Shown piece after piece: positions 16,826-26,101 of a stretch of DNA of 48,656 nt. The translations under genes and the position numbers were made by a program. The notes under the pieces were generated by a model. It saw nothing but the letters and a program-made list of their open reading frames with translations. It was not told the DNA's origin and made no database searches. Source of the DNA: a virus (lineage: Duplodnaviria > Heunggongvirae > Uroviricota > Caudoviricetes); the IMG/VR virus record IMGVR_UViG_2534681762_000009, positions 1 to 48,656 of that record. The stretch is one strand, 5' to 3'. The stretch's first letter is position 1, and every line of letters begins with the position of its first letter.

Positions 16826-17161
16826 TTATGGACTTTGTTGTTTTAGCCCATAAGGACATATTTGCAGAGTGCAACGGTTATTAAAGCATTCATTCAATAC
16901 GTTATCTGTATTTGTAGGGCATTCCTGGCTGTTTTTGATTAAATTCCAGAATGTTTTATTGAATGGTACTACGTTGTAAATGGTTACAGGTAGCACTTTG
17001 TTATTGAGCATGATGCCTGTGTGAGTCAGTGTAAATATACTTTCAGGAGGTAAGAAAGCATCCGATTGATACCAGATTATTAATTTTATTTTACTCCATA
17101 TGACTGAAAAAGATATTCCGCATGATGGCTGGATAACTGTATCAATCACAATCCACTTCAT
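16826..17161 (-). CDS. AT-rich hypothetical protein at the stx-equivalent locus (antisense to flanking genes)
   Basis: 111-aa ORF with AAGGAAA RBS 5 nt upstream of ATG; strongly AT-rich relative to flanks; C-terminal Cys cluster ([23 protein letters not shown]); no recognisable family from sequence alone. Confidence 0.45.
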   Translation of the reverse strand: MKWIVIDTVIQPSCGISFSVIWSKIKLIIWYQSDAFLPPESIFTLTHTGIMLNNKVLPVTIYNVVPFNKTFWNLIKNSQECPTNTDNVLNECFNNRCTLQICPYGLKQQSP

Positions 17162-17421
17162 TTAGTTTCCTTGTTTATGCCTTGCTGGTGATGTTCTGAA
17201 AAGTATAAATGATATTTTTGATTGTAAACCATAGAGCAGAATTATTTTTCTGATGTTGTTTATTGTTTATTTAAATGCAGGGTGGTTTATATCTCGTCTT
17301 GTAGTTTATCCATGCATATCTGCTTGATGATGAGGTTTTTATTTAAGGTATGGTTTTGTGTTTTTTCTGTATTACATGTCAGGTATTTTAAAGAATCATT
17401 TTTCAGATGGTGGAAAGAACC

Positions 17422-19278
17422 ATGGCATTTAAACACTATGATGTTGTCAGGGCGGCGTCGCCGTCAGATCTTGCGGAAAAGCTGACACATAAACTGAAAG
17501 AGGGCTGGCAGCCGTTTGGTAGTCCGGTGGCCATAACCCCTTATACCCTGATGCAGGCGATTGCAGCAGAAGGTGATGTGGTCGTCAGTGGTGCAACTGA
17601 GCCGGAGTGGTACTACGTCATCGTACTGGCCGGGCAATCCAATGCCATGGCTTACGGTGAAGGGCTTCCGCTTCCGGATTCATACGATGCGCCCCATCCG
17701 CGCATTAAGCAACTGGCCCGTCGTAACACAGTGACTCCCGGTGGTGAAGTATGCGTATTTAACGACATCATTCCTGCTGACCATTGTCTGCATGATGTTC
17801 AGGATATGAGTACGATTAATCATCCCCGGGCTGACCTGAGCAAAGGGCAGTACGGCTGTGTCGGACAGGGCTTACATATTGCCAAAAAACTGCTTCCGTA
17901 TATCCCTAATAACGCGGGGATCCTGCTGGTACCATGCTGTCGTGGTGGTTCGGCATTCACCCAGGGCACGGAGGGGACATTCAGCGAGTCCACGGGGGCC
18001 AGTCAGGATTCGGCTCGCTGGGGAGTGGGTAAGCCGTTATATCAGGATCTGCTTTTCCGCACGAAGGCAGCATTGCAGAAAAATCCGAAAAACGTTTTGC
18101 TGGCGATATGCTGGATGCAGGGGGAATTCGATATGACGAATGCCAGTTACGCCCAGCAGCCAGCAGCATTTCTTGCAATGGTACAGCAGTTCCGTGCTGA
18201 CCTTGCCGGGCTGGCGGCGCAGTGTCACGGTGGAAGTCCGGCATCAGTCCCCTGGATTTGTGGCGACACGACATACGCGTGGAAACAAGAACACGGTACG
18301 CAATATGAAGTGGTATATGGTGCATATAAAGGTAAAGAATCCCAGCAGATTTATTTTGTTCCCTTTATGACCGATGGTAGCGGAGTTAATACACCGACAA
18401 ACAACCCGTCAGAAGATCCTGATATTGCCGGGTCTGGTTATTACGGTTCGGCATCCCGAACGAACAAAAACTGGGTATCATCAAATCGCCCGACGCATTT
18501 CAGCTCATGGGCGCGTCGTGGCATTATTCCCGATCGTATGGCAACTGCTATTCTGAACGTAGCCGGTCGCACCTTAGCCTTCATTAGTGGTAAGGCACCG
18601 GAAATCAAACCCTCGCCCGGCGGCGACACTCCATCGGGGCCGTCTGATGGTGACACATCCGTTCGTACAGTCTCCCTGCTGCCGACAGCCGGAGAGGCTG
18701 CTGCGCAGGGCTGGACCATCACCGGCGGCAGTGTTGCGCTGGAAGATGGTGTGTTTAAGGTTACCAAGCAGAGCAATAAAACTTGGTCCCTGATGCATCC
18801 GGTGGATGACGCAGTCTCCCTGCTGACACGGGGTGGCAGACTGAGCTGTAAGTTTCGACTGTCAGGCGCACTGACCAACAACCAGTTCGGTCTGGGAATT
18901 TATCTGTATACCGATGTAGCGTTACCTGACGTCGTGGCGATGACCGGGACTGGTAACCCGTTCCTGATGTCGTTCTTCACCCAGACCACAGACGGCAAAC
19001 TGAATCTGATGCATCACAGGAAAGCAGGAAACACAAAGTTGGGCGAGTTCGGGAATTACAGTAACGACTGGCAGACGCTGGAGCTGGTGTTCACCGCCGG
19101 CAGTGCCACGGTTACTCCGAAACTGAATGGAGTGGCTGGCCCGGCATTCCAGGTCATAAAAGACAGTCTGACACTGGGGCTGAATGCGCTGACGCTGACG
19201 GATATTACCAAAAATGCAGCGTATGGCGTTGAGATAGAAAGTCTGGTGCTGGAGATAAATGCACCAGCATCATCATAA
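17422..19278 (+). CDS. NanS-p-like prophage esterase (DUF1737 + sialate O-acetylesterase-like domain)
   Basis: 618-aa ORF; N-terminal MAFKHYDVVRAASPSDLAEKL… and large conserved protein at the position occupied by nanS-p downstream of stx in Stx phages; assignment from recollection, not searched. Confidence 0.65.
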   Translation: MAFKHYDVVRAASPSDLAEKLTHKLKEGWQPFGSPVAITPYTLMQAIAAEGDVVVSGATEPEWYYVIVLAGQSNAMAYGEGLPLPDSYDAPHPRIKQLARRNTVTPGGEVCVFNDIIPADHCLHDVQDMSTINHPRADLSKGQYGCVGQGLHIAKKLLPYIPNNAGILLVPCCRGGSAFTQGTEGTFSESTGASQDSARWGVGKPLYQDLLFRTKAALQKNPKNVLLAICWMQGEFDMTNASYAQQPAAFLAMVQQFRADLAGLAAQCHGGSPASVPWICGDTTYAWKQEHGTQYEVVYGAYKGKESQQIYFVPFMTDGSGVNTPTNNPSEDPDIAGSGYYGSASRTNKNWVSSNRPTHFSSWARRGIIPDRMATAILNVAGRTLAFISGKAPEIKPSPGGDTPSGPSDGDTSVRTVSLLPTAGEAAAQGWTITGGSVALEDGVFKVTKQSNKTWSLMHPVDDAVSLLTRGGRLSCKFRLSGALTNNQFGLGIYLYTDVALPDVVAMTGTGNPFLMSFFTQTTDGKLNLMHHRKAGNTKLGEFGNYSNDWQTLELVFTAGSATVTPKLNGVAGPAFQVIKDSLTLGLNALTLTDITKNAAYGVEIESLVLEINAPASS

Positions 19279-19428
19279 AAAGTGAGCCAGTCAAATGGAA
19301 GGTATCGTTAAACTCACCGGTAGTGTCAGTGGGTCGTCTGAGATGCCTGCATGAGTTATCAGAGCCATCAGTACTTAACTGGTGGCTTTTTTTATTGTTG
19401 TCAGCTTCCGGATAACGGGAGACGGGGT

Positions 19429-19644
19429 ATGTACCAGATGGAAAAAATCACAACAGGTGTGTCATACACCACGTCAGCGGTGGGAACGGGCTACTGGTTC
19501 CTGCAGTTGCTGGACAGGGTTTCCCCGTCTCAGTGGGCGGCAATAGGCGTGCTGGGGAGTCTGCTGTTTGGGCTGCTGACATATCTGACTAACCTGTATT
19601 TCAAAATCAGAGAGGACCGTCGTAAGGCTGCACGGGGAGAGTAA
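19429..19644 (+). CDS. S: Holin (class with dual-start MYQM motif)
   Basis: 71-aa ORF from MYQM with GGAGA RBS; two TM segments and charged C-terminus ([13 protein letters not shown]); immediately upstream of lysis genes. Confidence 0.75.
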   Translation: MYQMEKITTGVSYTTSAVGTGYWFLQLLDRVSPSQWAAIGVLGSLLFGLLTYLTNLYFKIREDRRKAARGE

Positions 19645-19648
19645 TTCA

Positions 19649-19963
19649 ATGACTCAAAACTATGAACTGATTGTGAAAGGGATCCGCAATTTTGAGAATA
19701 AAGTTACGGTAACTTTAGCGTTACGGGACAAAAAACGCTTTGACGGTGAAATTTTTGACCTGGACATCTCGCTGGACCGTGTTGAAGGTGCCGCGCTGGA
19801 GTTTTATGAGGCAGCAGCCAGAAGGAGCATCAGACAGGTCTTCATGGATGTTGCTGCCGGGTTATGTGAAGGGGACGAGCTGTTGCCAGAAACGCGCCCC
19901 TGTTCAGAGGCGCGGTATACCATAAAAATTAACAGTTCTGATAACTCGATTACGGGTTGTTAG
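19649..19963 (+). CDS. Hypothetical protein within lysis cassette
   Basis: 104-aa ORF between holin and endolysin. Confidence 0.55.
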   Translation: MTQNYELIVKGIRNFENKVTVTLALRDKKRFDGEIFDLDISLDRVEGAALEFYEAAARRSIRQVFMDVAAGLCEGDELLPETRPCSEARYTIKINSSDNSITGC

Positions 19964-20018
19964 CTTTTTGCAGTTGGCTTTCCAGTATCTTTCATTGGTA
20001 GCATCCTGATAAATATCC

Positions 20019-20552
20019 ATGAGCGCAAAAATCAAATACGGCCTGTCAGCTGCTGTTCTGGCGCTGATTGCTGCAGGCGCGTCTGCTCCTCAAATACTTG
20101 ACCAGTTTCTGGATGAAAAAGAGGGTAACCACACTACGGCATACCGCGATGGTTCCGGTATATGGACCATCTGTCGTGGTGCCACAATGGTGGATGGTAA
20201 GCCCGTCATACCGGGAATGAAGCTGTCGAAGGAAAAATGCGACCAGGTTAACGCTATTGAACGTGATAAGGCGCTGGCATGGGTGGAGCGCAATATTAAA
20301 GTACCACTGACCGAACCACAGAAAGCGGGTATAGCGTCATTCTGTCCCTATAACATTGGCCCCGGTAAGTGTTTCCCGTCGACGTTTTATAAGCGGCTGA
20401 ATGCCGGTGATCGTAAGGGCGCATGCGAGGCGATTCGCTGGTGGATAAAAGATGGTGGGCGCGATTGCCGCATACGTTCAAATAACTGCTATGGACAGGT
20501 TATTCGTCGTGACCAGGAAAGCGCATTAGCCTGTTGGGGGATAGATCAGTGA
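20019..20552 (+). CDS. R: Endolysin (lysozyme, glycoside hydrolase 24-like, SAR-type N-terminal signal-anchor)
   Basis: 177-aa ORF; hydrophobic N-terminus ([15 protein letters not shown]) followed by lysozyme catalytic E…D…T triad region ([23 protein letters not shown]). Confidence 0.85.
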   Translation: MSAKIKYGLSAAVLALIAAGASAPQILDQFLDEKEGNHTTAYRDGSGIWTICRGATMVDGKPVIPGMKLSKEKCDQVNAIERDKALAWVERNIKVPLTEPQKAGIASFCPYNIGPGKCFPSTFYKRLNAGDRKGACEAIRWWIKDGGRDCRIRSNNCYGQVIRRDQESALACWGIDQ

Positions 20553-21007
20553 GCAGAGTCGCAGCGATTATTTATACTCTGGTTATCTGCACCATCGTCT
20601 GCCTGTCATGGGCTGTTAATCATTACCGCGATAACGCCATTACCTACAAAGCCCAGCGCGACAAAAATGCCAGAGAACTGAAGCTGGCGAACGTGGTAAT
20701 TACTGACATGCAGATGCGTCAGCGTGATGTAGCAGAACTCGACGCCAGATACACAAAGGAGCTTGCTGATGCTAACGCGACTATCGAAAGTCTTCGTGCT
20801 GATGTTTCTGCTGGGCGTAAGCGCCTGCAAGTCGCCGCCACCTGTGCAAAGTCAACGACCGGAGCCAGCAGCATGGGCGATGGAGAAAGCCCAAGACTTA
20901 CAGCAGATGCTGAACTCAATTATTACCGTCTCCGAAGTGGAATCGACAAGATAACCGCTCAGGTCAACTACCTGCAGGAGTACATCAGGACGCAGTGCTT
21001 AAAATAA
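20549..21007 (+). CDS. Rz: Rz-like i-spanin
   Basis: GTG start overlapping R stop (GTGA); N-terminal TM ([20 protein letters not shown]) and coiled-coil-like periplasmic domain. Confidence 0.7.
   Translation: MSRVAAIIYTLVICTIVCLSWAVNHYRDNAITYKAQRDKNARELKLANVVITDMQMRQRDVAELDARYTKELADANATIESLRADVSAGRKRLQVAATCAKSTTGASSMGDGESPRLTADAELNYYRLRSGIDKITAQVNYLQEYIRTQCLK
20763..20954 (+). CDS. Rz1: Rz1-like o-spanin (lipoprotein) embedded in Rz in +1 frame
   Basis: ORF wholly inside Rz; lipobox LLGVSAC followed by proline-rich segment ([13 protein letters not shown]). Confidence 0.65.
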   Translation: MLMLTRLSKVFVLMFLLGVSACKSPPPVQSQRPEPAAWAMEKAQDLQQMLNSIITVSEVESTR

Positions 21008-21045
21008 TTTTAATTTCACTGAAATTTAATACGTGACTTTCAGGA

Positions 21046-21075
21046 AAATGCCTCGCAGATGCGGGGCATTTTTGT
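21046..21075 (+). terminator. Rho-independent terminator after lysis cassette
   Basis: AAATGCCTCGC-agat-GCGGGGCATTT followed by TTGT. Confidence 0.55.
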
Positions 21076-21423
21076 ACAGGTATTTCACCGCGCACCGCAG
21101 CGCACTCAACCACGTCGAACCAAACCCTTTGGAATGAGCCTTTGAGTAGTCAGTTAGTGCTGGTGAGCCTTGACGGGCTGATCTCCTATGCAGCAAAGGT
21201 TCATCTCAAAGTAAGACGAACGCTATGACAAACCAAGATTCTATAGACCTATCTGATCTTCGTGGAATGGTCAGTTTTCCAGACAAAAGGTAATCACCAT
21301 AGTCGTATGGCTATGAATCTTGTTGCTGCAGATAAGCATTTTGTGATTGAAGTGGTCAAATCTCTCAAATGCAGTAAAATGCAGTGCGCTATAATTCAAT
21401 AACGGAGGGAGTAAGGAGAAGTC

Positions 21424-22044
21424 ATGAAAGATCAAGATGTTAGGTTCGCGGTGCATCATAAGCTTTTGAAAGAATCGCATTTAGATCCAGACTGCCTTGT
21501 GGTCGATGAATTTTCCATATCCCTTGGCGCCAGTAGAGCAGACATTGCTGTAATAAATGGTGTTATACACGGGTACGAGCTCAAAAGTGAATATGACTCT
21601 TTGGAGCGTTTGCCTCTTCAAATCAAGCATTATTCTTCTGTAATGGACAAGGTTACTCTTGTCGTAGCTGAGAAACACCTTGAGGGAGCATTAAAGTTAA
21701 TCCCAGGTTGGTGGGGCGTTAAAACGGTTTCTGTTGGGCCAAAAGGCGCCATTCTTATAAAGCACATGCGTGGAGAAAAGCTTAATCGAAACCATGACAC
21801 ATTGATGCTCGCTCAATTGCTTTGGAAAGATGAATGTATCGACGTACTTGAACGATGGGGCTATTCCAAAGGAATCAAAAGCAAGCCCCGATTTGAGTTA
21901 TGGAATATTATTGCGGAAAATATTCCAATAGCGAATCTCAGGCCTGAAGTCAGAACAGCCTTAAAGAAACGCGTAGGCTGGAAAGTTAAGGCTTGGCAGG
22001 CTGAGTCTGCGCCAACCAATAAAGCTGTCTCACGACTAACGTAA
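21424..22044 (+). CDS. Hypothetical protein with PD-(D/E)xK nuclease-like motif (AT-rich accessory gene)
   Basis: 206-aa ORF; very strong RBS (GGAGGGAGTAAGGAGAAGTC-ATG) and consensus TATAAT 28 nt upstream; motif RADIAVINGVIHGYELKS (D … E-x-K after a β-strand-like segment); AT-rich vs flanks. Confidence 0.6.
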   Translation: MKDQDVRFAVHHKLLKESHLDPDCLVVDEFSISLGASRADIAVINGVIHGYELKSEYDSLERLPLQIKHYSSVMDKVTLVVAEKHLEGALKLIPGWWGVKTVSVGPKGAILIKHMRGEKLNRNHDTLMLAQLLWKDECIDVLERWGYSKGIKSKPRFELWNIIAENIPIANLRPEVRTALKKRVGWKVKAWQAESAPTNKAVSRLT

Positions 22045-23053
22045 TATGGTGCGTATGTGCAACTTTACGCCATTCTTTAGAGCCGCCAGATTTGTTAGCG
22101 CCTAATGATCTTTGGTAAATGTAATCATCCCCCCAACTAAATTTGGAGCCAAAGACTTGATACTCTGGCGAACTAACAAGGGTAGTACATAAGTTTTTAG
22201 TTTGGCCCCATCCATTTCCTTTAACTGCGGTACCTTTTACAAAGATCCATGAGGTATCGTTCGAATATCTCACTGAGACATACTGAGACATGAAGCGTGG
22301 GTCTACGCTCGTAATGGTAGAGCTAGCGGTGGGATAATCACTAAAACTTGGCGTTCTTCCATTGCTAAAATTCTGTACTACGTACATCCAAAGATCGTAT
22401 TCATGGCGCGGAATATGATGAACTTGATGTTGCGGTATCCCTGCCTGTGATGCCGGGTATGCGGTTGAAGATAAAATCAAGTTTCTCCACGGAGCTTGGC
22501 CTGATAATGTGTTGACCATGCTTAATGCTTGTTGTTTTAAACTATCAGTTGCGTTTTGAATATCTCCAAAATCAATGATTACATCAATTAAACTAGGATG
22601 AATATTTAAGTGGTTAACCAGACTTGTGAATTGGTGCCATGTCTGGGGGGTGATAGACATAGCGAGCCCATTGATTAAGTTGCGTTGAACAGCATGTATA
22701 TAGTTTGTTGAATATGCGGGAGAAACAACAGGGATAATTTCCTTACCATTTACTCTAGCATCTTGGATACACATATCTAGAGGATGATGGCGGCTCGAAC
22801 CATGTTTATCTAAATATTTAACATCCAGCAAAACAGGACGATTGGCTTTCCAGGATGCCGCAAGGTTAATACCGAAGTCAGATAAGTAAGAACTCAAACT
22901 CTTCTTGTAGCATTCGTTTTCATAATCCCAGTCTATGTCTGGAATGGTAATGATCGGAGTAAAACCAGAGAGCGTAGTTTGATCTAAAAGCATCAGAGAT
23001 TCATATTCAGCAGGCTTCCATTTCAGCTGTGGATAATATTGATGTTGACTCAT
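21986..23053 (-). CDS. Hypothetical protein (355 aa), convergent partner of the nuclease-like gene
   Basis: AAGGAG RBS 5 nt upstream of ATG; 3' end overlaps the plus-strand partner by 59 nt; AT-rich; no family assignable from sequence alone. Confidence 0.6.
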   Translation of the reverse strand: MSQHQYYPQLKWKPAEYESLMLLDQTTLSGFTPIITIPDIDWDYENECYKKSLSSYLSDFGINLAASWKANRPVLLDVKYLDKHGSSRHHPLDMCIQDARVNGKEIIPVVSPAYSTNYIHAVQRNLINGLAMSITPQTWHQFTSLVNHLNIHPSLIDVIIDFGDIQNATDSLKQQALSMVNTLSGQAPWRNLILSSTAYPASQAGIPQHQVHHIPRHEYDLWMYVVQNFSNGRTPSFSDYPTASSTITSVDPRFMSQYVSVRYSNDTSWIFVKGTAVKGNGWGQTKNLCTTLVSSPEYQVFGSKFSWGDDYIYQRSLGANKSGGSKEWRKVAHTHHITLVVRQLYWLAQTQPAKP

Positions 23054-23276
23054 TAAAACTCCTTAAAATCTTTACTTATCCTAAGTATAGTGTTATGGCG
23101 TAACGCCAATTGTTTTTATACACTTGAAAACATTGGGAAAAGTTGAGCTATATCTAAATTTACAAAATTGGATGTTATAGAAATCGAGGTTTCAACTAGG
23201 CATGGAACTGCAAAATTTTTAATGCCTGCACGCGAAAGTCGTTGGCGGGTCCTTTCCGGTGATCCAGATCGTTACG

Positions 23277-23288
23277 GGGCGGCGACCT
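23277..23288. other. cos: cosN cohesive-end site (GGGCGGCGACCT) with cosB region downstream to Nu1
   Basis: Exact lambda cohesive end sequence GGGCGGCGACCT followed by CGCG…TTTTC…CTATTTATGA, as at the lambda left end, ~215 bp upstream of Nu1 start. Confidence 0.8.
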
Positions 23289-23504
23289 CGCGCGTTTTCA
23301 CTATTTATGAGATTTTTTGAGGGGGTGGTTGTTGTTTAATTGTTTGGTATATCTAATTGATAAGTAAGGTGAAAATAAAATAAATACAACAACCTTACGA
23401 TGTGTTTTGATGTCGCCAATGCGAAAAATGTCAATGATATCAAATGGTTTTGCAAAAACACATGGTTGTTGTTTCGCTTTTTATCGATGACTTATGGAGA
23501 GGAG

Positions 23505-24011
23505 ATGGCCTTTTTATTGAATAAAAGTGATATGGCCTCCTCCATCGGTATCTCTGTTCAGGCATTTGATAAATGGGGCGTTCCTCCTGTTGAACGTCGG
23601 GGGAGGGAAGTTTTATATGACGTTAAAACTGTACTGGAGATAGATCGCGAGCGGCGACAACACAATCAGAGAACACCTGATGACGGGGGAGAACTGGAGG
23701 AAAGGCTGCTTCGGGCCAGAGCTGAACTGACAGAAGAACAGGCTGTAGCTCAAAAACTTAAAAATCAGGTAACCGAAGGTAAGCTCATCGATTCAGACTT
23801 CTGCGTTTTCGCCCTCAGCAAACTGGCGATGGCATTGTCCAGTACGCTTGATTCCATTCCGTTATCCATGCAGCGACAGTTCCCGGATTTAACGCCACGT
23901 CATATTGACCATCTGAAAACCCTTATTGCAAAGGGCGCAAATCAGTGTGCGCGGGCAGGGGATAAATTACCGGATTTGCTGGATGAATATATCAGAGCAA
24001 CAACTGAATAA
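23505..24011 (+). CDS. nu1: Terminase small subunit (Nu1-like)
   Basis: Strong similarity by eye to lambda Nu1 (…FCVFALSKLAMALSSTLDSIPLSMQRQFPDLTPRHIDHLK…); GGAGAGGAG RBS; 3' end overlaps terminase large subunit start. Confidence 0.8.
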   Translation: MAFLLNKSDMASSIGISVQAFDKWGVPPVERRGREVLYDVKTVLEIDRERRQHNQRTPDDGGELEERLLRARAELTEEQAVAQKLKNQVTEGKLIDSDFCVFALSKLAMALSSTLDSIPLSMQRQFPDLTPRHIDHLKTLIAKGANQCARAGDKLPDLLDEYIRATTE

Positions 24012-25911
24012 TATGGTGGCCGCCGTTTCGGTTGCGCTGCAGCCTCTGGTCAGGGTTGTACCGATGGCGGCAGTTGAATGGGCTGACCAGTATTATTATC
24101 TGCCGAAAGAATCCTCATACGGTGACGGCGAATGGAAAACGCTGCCGTTCCAGATCGCCATCATGAACAGTATGGGGAATGATCAGATCCGCACTGTTAA
24201 TCTGATTAAATCTGCCCGTGTTGGCTATACAAAGATGTTGCTGGGAGTCGCCGGGTATTTTATTGAGCATAAATCCCGAAACAGTCTGCTTTTTCAGCCC
24301 ACGGATTCTGCCGCTGAAGATTTTATGAAGTCTCACGTGGAGGCGACGATTCGGGACGTGCCATGCCTGAAAGATCTTTCCCCGTGGCTGGGTCGTAAAC
24401 ATCGTGACAATACTCTCACGCTGAAACGCTTTTCATCGGGGGTGGGCTTCTGGTGCCTGGGTGGTGCGGCAGCAAAAAACTACCGTGAAAAATCCGTGGA
24501 CGTGGTCTGCTATGACGAACTTTCCTCGTTCGAGCCGGATGTCGAAAAAGAGGGCTCGCCAACCCTGCTGGGGGATAAGCGTATTGAGGGCTCGGTATGG
24601 CCAAAATCCATTCGCGGCTCGACGCCTAAAATAAAAGGCTCCTGCCAGATCGAAAAAGCGGCCAACGAGTCGGCGCATTTCATGCGTTTTTATGTGCCCT
24701 GCCCGCACTGTGGGGAGGCGCAGTATCTGAAATTTGGCGATGAGTCCACGCCTTTTGGGCTTAAATGGGAGAAGGACAGCCCCGAAAGCGTTTTCTACCT
24801 CTGTGAGCATCATGGCTGCGTGATCCATCAGTCTGAACTGGACCAGAGTAACGGGCGGTGGATCTGTGAAAACACGGGCATGTGGACCCGTGACGGTCTG
24901 ACGTTTTTCAGCGCTGCGGGTAATGAAATTCCGCCGCCGCGCTCCATCACTTTCCATATCTGGACGGCGTACAGTCCGTTCACCACCTGGGTACAGATTG
25001 TCTATGACTGGCTGGATGCACTGAAAGATCCCAACGGCCTGAAAACCTTTGTGAACACCACGCTGGGCGAGACCTGGGAAGAGGCTGTGGGCGAAAAACT
25101 CGATCACCAGGTACTGATGGATAAGGTTGTGCGTTACACGGCGGCGGTGCCTGCCCGGGTGGTTTATCTGACGGCGGGCATTGACTCGCAGCGAAACCGT
25201 TTTGAGATGTATGTCTGGGGATGGGCTCCGGGAGAGGAAGCCTTTCTGGTGGATAAAATCATCATTATGGGGCGTCCCGATGAGGAAGAGACGCTGTTAC
25301 GTGTGGATGCGGCGATCAACAAAAAATACCGCCATGCAGACGGAACCGAAATGACTATTTCCCGTGTCTGCTGGGACATCGGGGGGATCGATGGCGAAAT
25401 CGTTTATCAGAGGTCAAAAAAACACGGTGTTTTCCGGGTGCTGCCGGTAAAAGGCGCATCTGTCTATGGCAAGCCGGTGATCACCATGCCAAAAACCCGC
25501 AATCAGCGGGGCGTGTATCTGTGTGAAGTGGGGACGGACACCGCAAAAGAAATTCTCTATGCCCGTATGAAAGCCGATCCCACGCCTGCGGATGAAGCCA
25601 CGTCGTATGCCATCCGTTTTCCTGATGATCCGGAGATTTTTTCGCAGACAGAGGCGCAGCAACTGGTCGCGGAAGAGCTTGTGGAGAAGTGGGAAAAAGG
25701 AAAGATGCGTCTGCTGTGGGATAACAAAAAGCGGCGTAACGAAGCGCTGGACTGCCTGGTGTATGCCTACGCGGCATTACGTGTGTCCGTGCAACGCTGG
25801 CAGCTTGATCTGGCTGTACTGGCAAAATCCCGGGAAGAAGAGACGACCCGGCCAACCCTTAAAGAACTGGCAGCGAAGCTGTCCGGAGGAGTGAATGGTT
25901 ACAGTCGCTGA
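23983..25911 (+). CDS. A: Terminase large subunit (gpA-like)
   Basis: MNISEQQ… aligns along its length with lambda gpA (VEWADQYYYLPKES, KRFSSGVGFWCLGGAAAKNYREKSVD, VCWDIGGIDGEIVYQRSKKHG). Confidence 0.95.
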   Translation: MNISEQQLNNMVAAVSVALQPLVRVVPMAAVEWADQYYYLPKESSYGDGEWKTLPFQIAIMNSMGNDQIRTVNLIKSARVGYTKMLLGVAGYFIEHKSRNSLLFQPTDSAAEDFMKSHVEATIRDVPCLKDLSPWLGRKHRDNTLTLKRFSSGVGFWCLGGAAAKNYREKSVDVVCYDELSSFEPDVEKEGSPTLLGDKRIEGSVWPKSIRGSTPKIKGSCQIEKAANESAHFMRFYVPCPHCGEAQYLKFGDESTPFGLKWEKDSPESVFYLCEHHGCVIHQSELDQSNGRWICENTGMWTRDGLTFFSAAGNEIPPPRSITFHIWTAYSPFTTWVQIVYDWLDALKDPNGLKTFVNTTLGETWEEAVGEKLDHQVLMDKVVRYTAAVPARVVYLTAGIDSQRNRFEMYVWGWAPGEEAFLVDKIIIMGRPDEEETLLRVDAAINKKYRHADGTEMTISRVCWDIGGIDGEIVYQRSKKHGVFRVLPVKGASVYGKPVITMPKTRNQRGVYLCEVGTDTAKEILYARMKADPTPADEATSYAIRFPDDPEIFSQTEAQQLVAEELVEKWEKGKMRLLWDNKKRRNEALDCLVYAYAALRVSVQRWQLDLAVLAKSREEETTRPTLKELAAKLSGGVNGYSR

Positions 25912-26101
25912 ACTGCAGGCGCTGCGTCAGGCGCGCCTTGATTTATTAACCGGTAAACGGGTGGTGTCTGTCCAGAAAGATGGTCGCAGAATTGAATATA
26001 CGGCGGCTTCTCTGGATGAGCTTAACCGGGCGATCAATGATGCGGAGTCGGTACTGGGGACAACCCGGCGTCGCCGTCGTCCGCTGGGAGTGAGGTTATG
26101 A
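25895..26101 (+). CDS. W: Head-tail joining protein (gpW-like)
   Basis: 68-aa ORF similar to lambda W (LTGKRVVSVQKDGRRIEYTAAS). Confidence 0.85.
   Translation: MVTVAELQALRQARLDLLTGKRVVSVQKDGRRIEYTAASLDELNRAINDAESVLGTTRRRRRPLGVRL

Noticed and set aside
16430-17400. Shiga toxin genes stxA/stxB expected between the tRNAs and the esterase gene
   Set aside because: No ORFs with A-subunit (~315 aa) or B-subunit (~89 aa, signal peptide) features are present; locus contains only a truncated tRNA, a terminator and an unrelated antisense ORF
24433-25107. 224-aa minus-strand ORF
   Set aside because: Antisense to terminase large subunit, which aligns with lambda gpA over its full length
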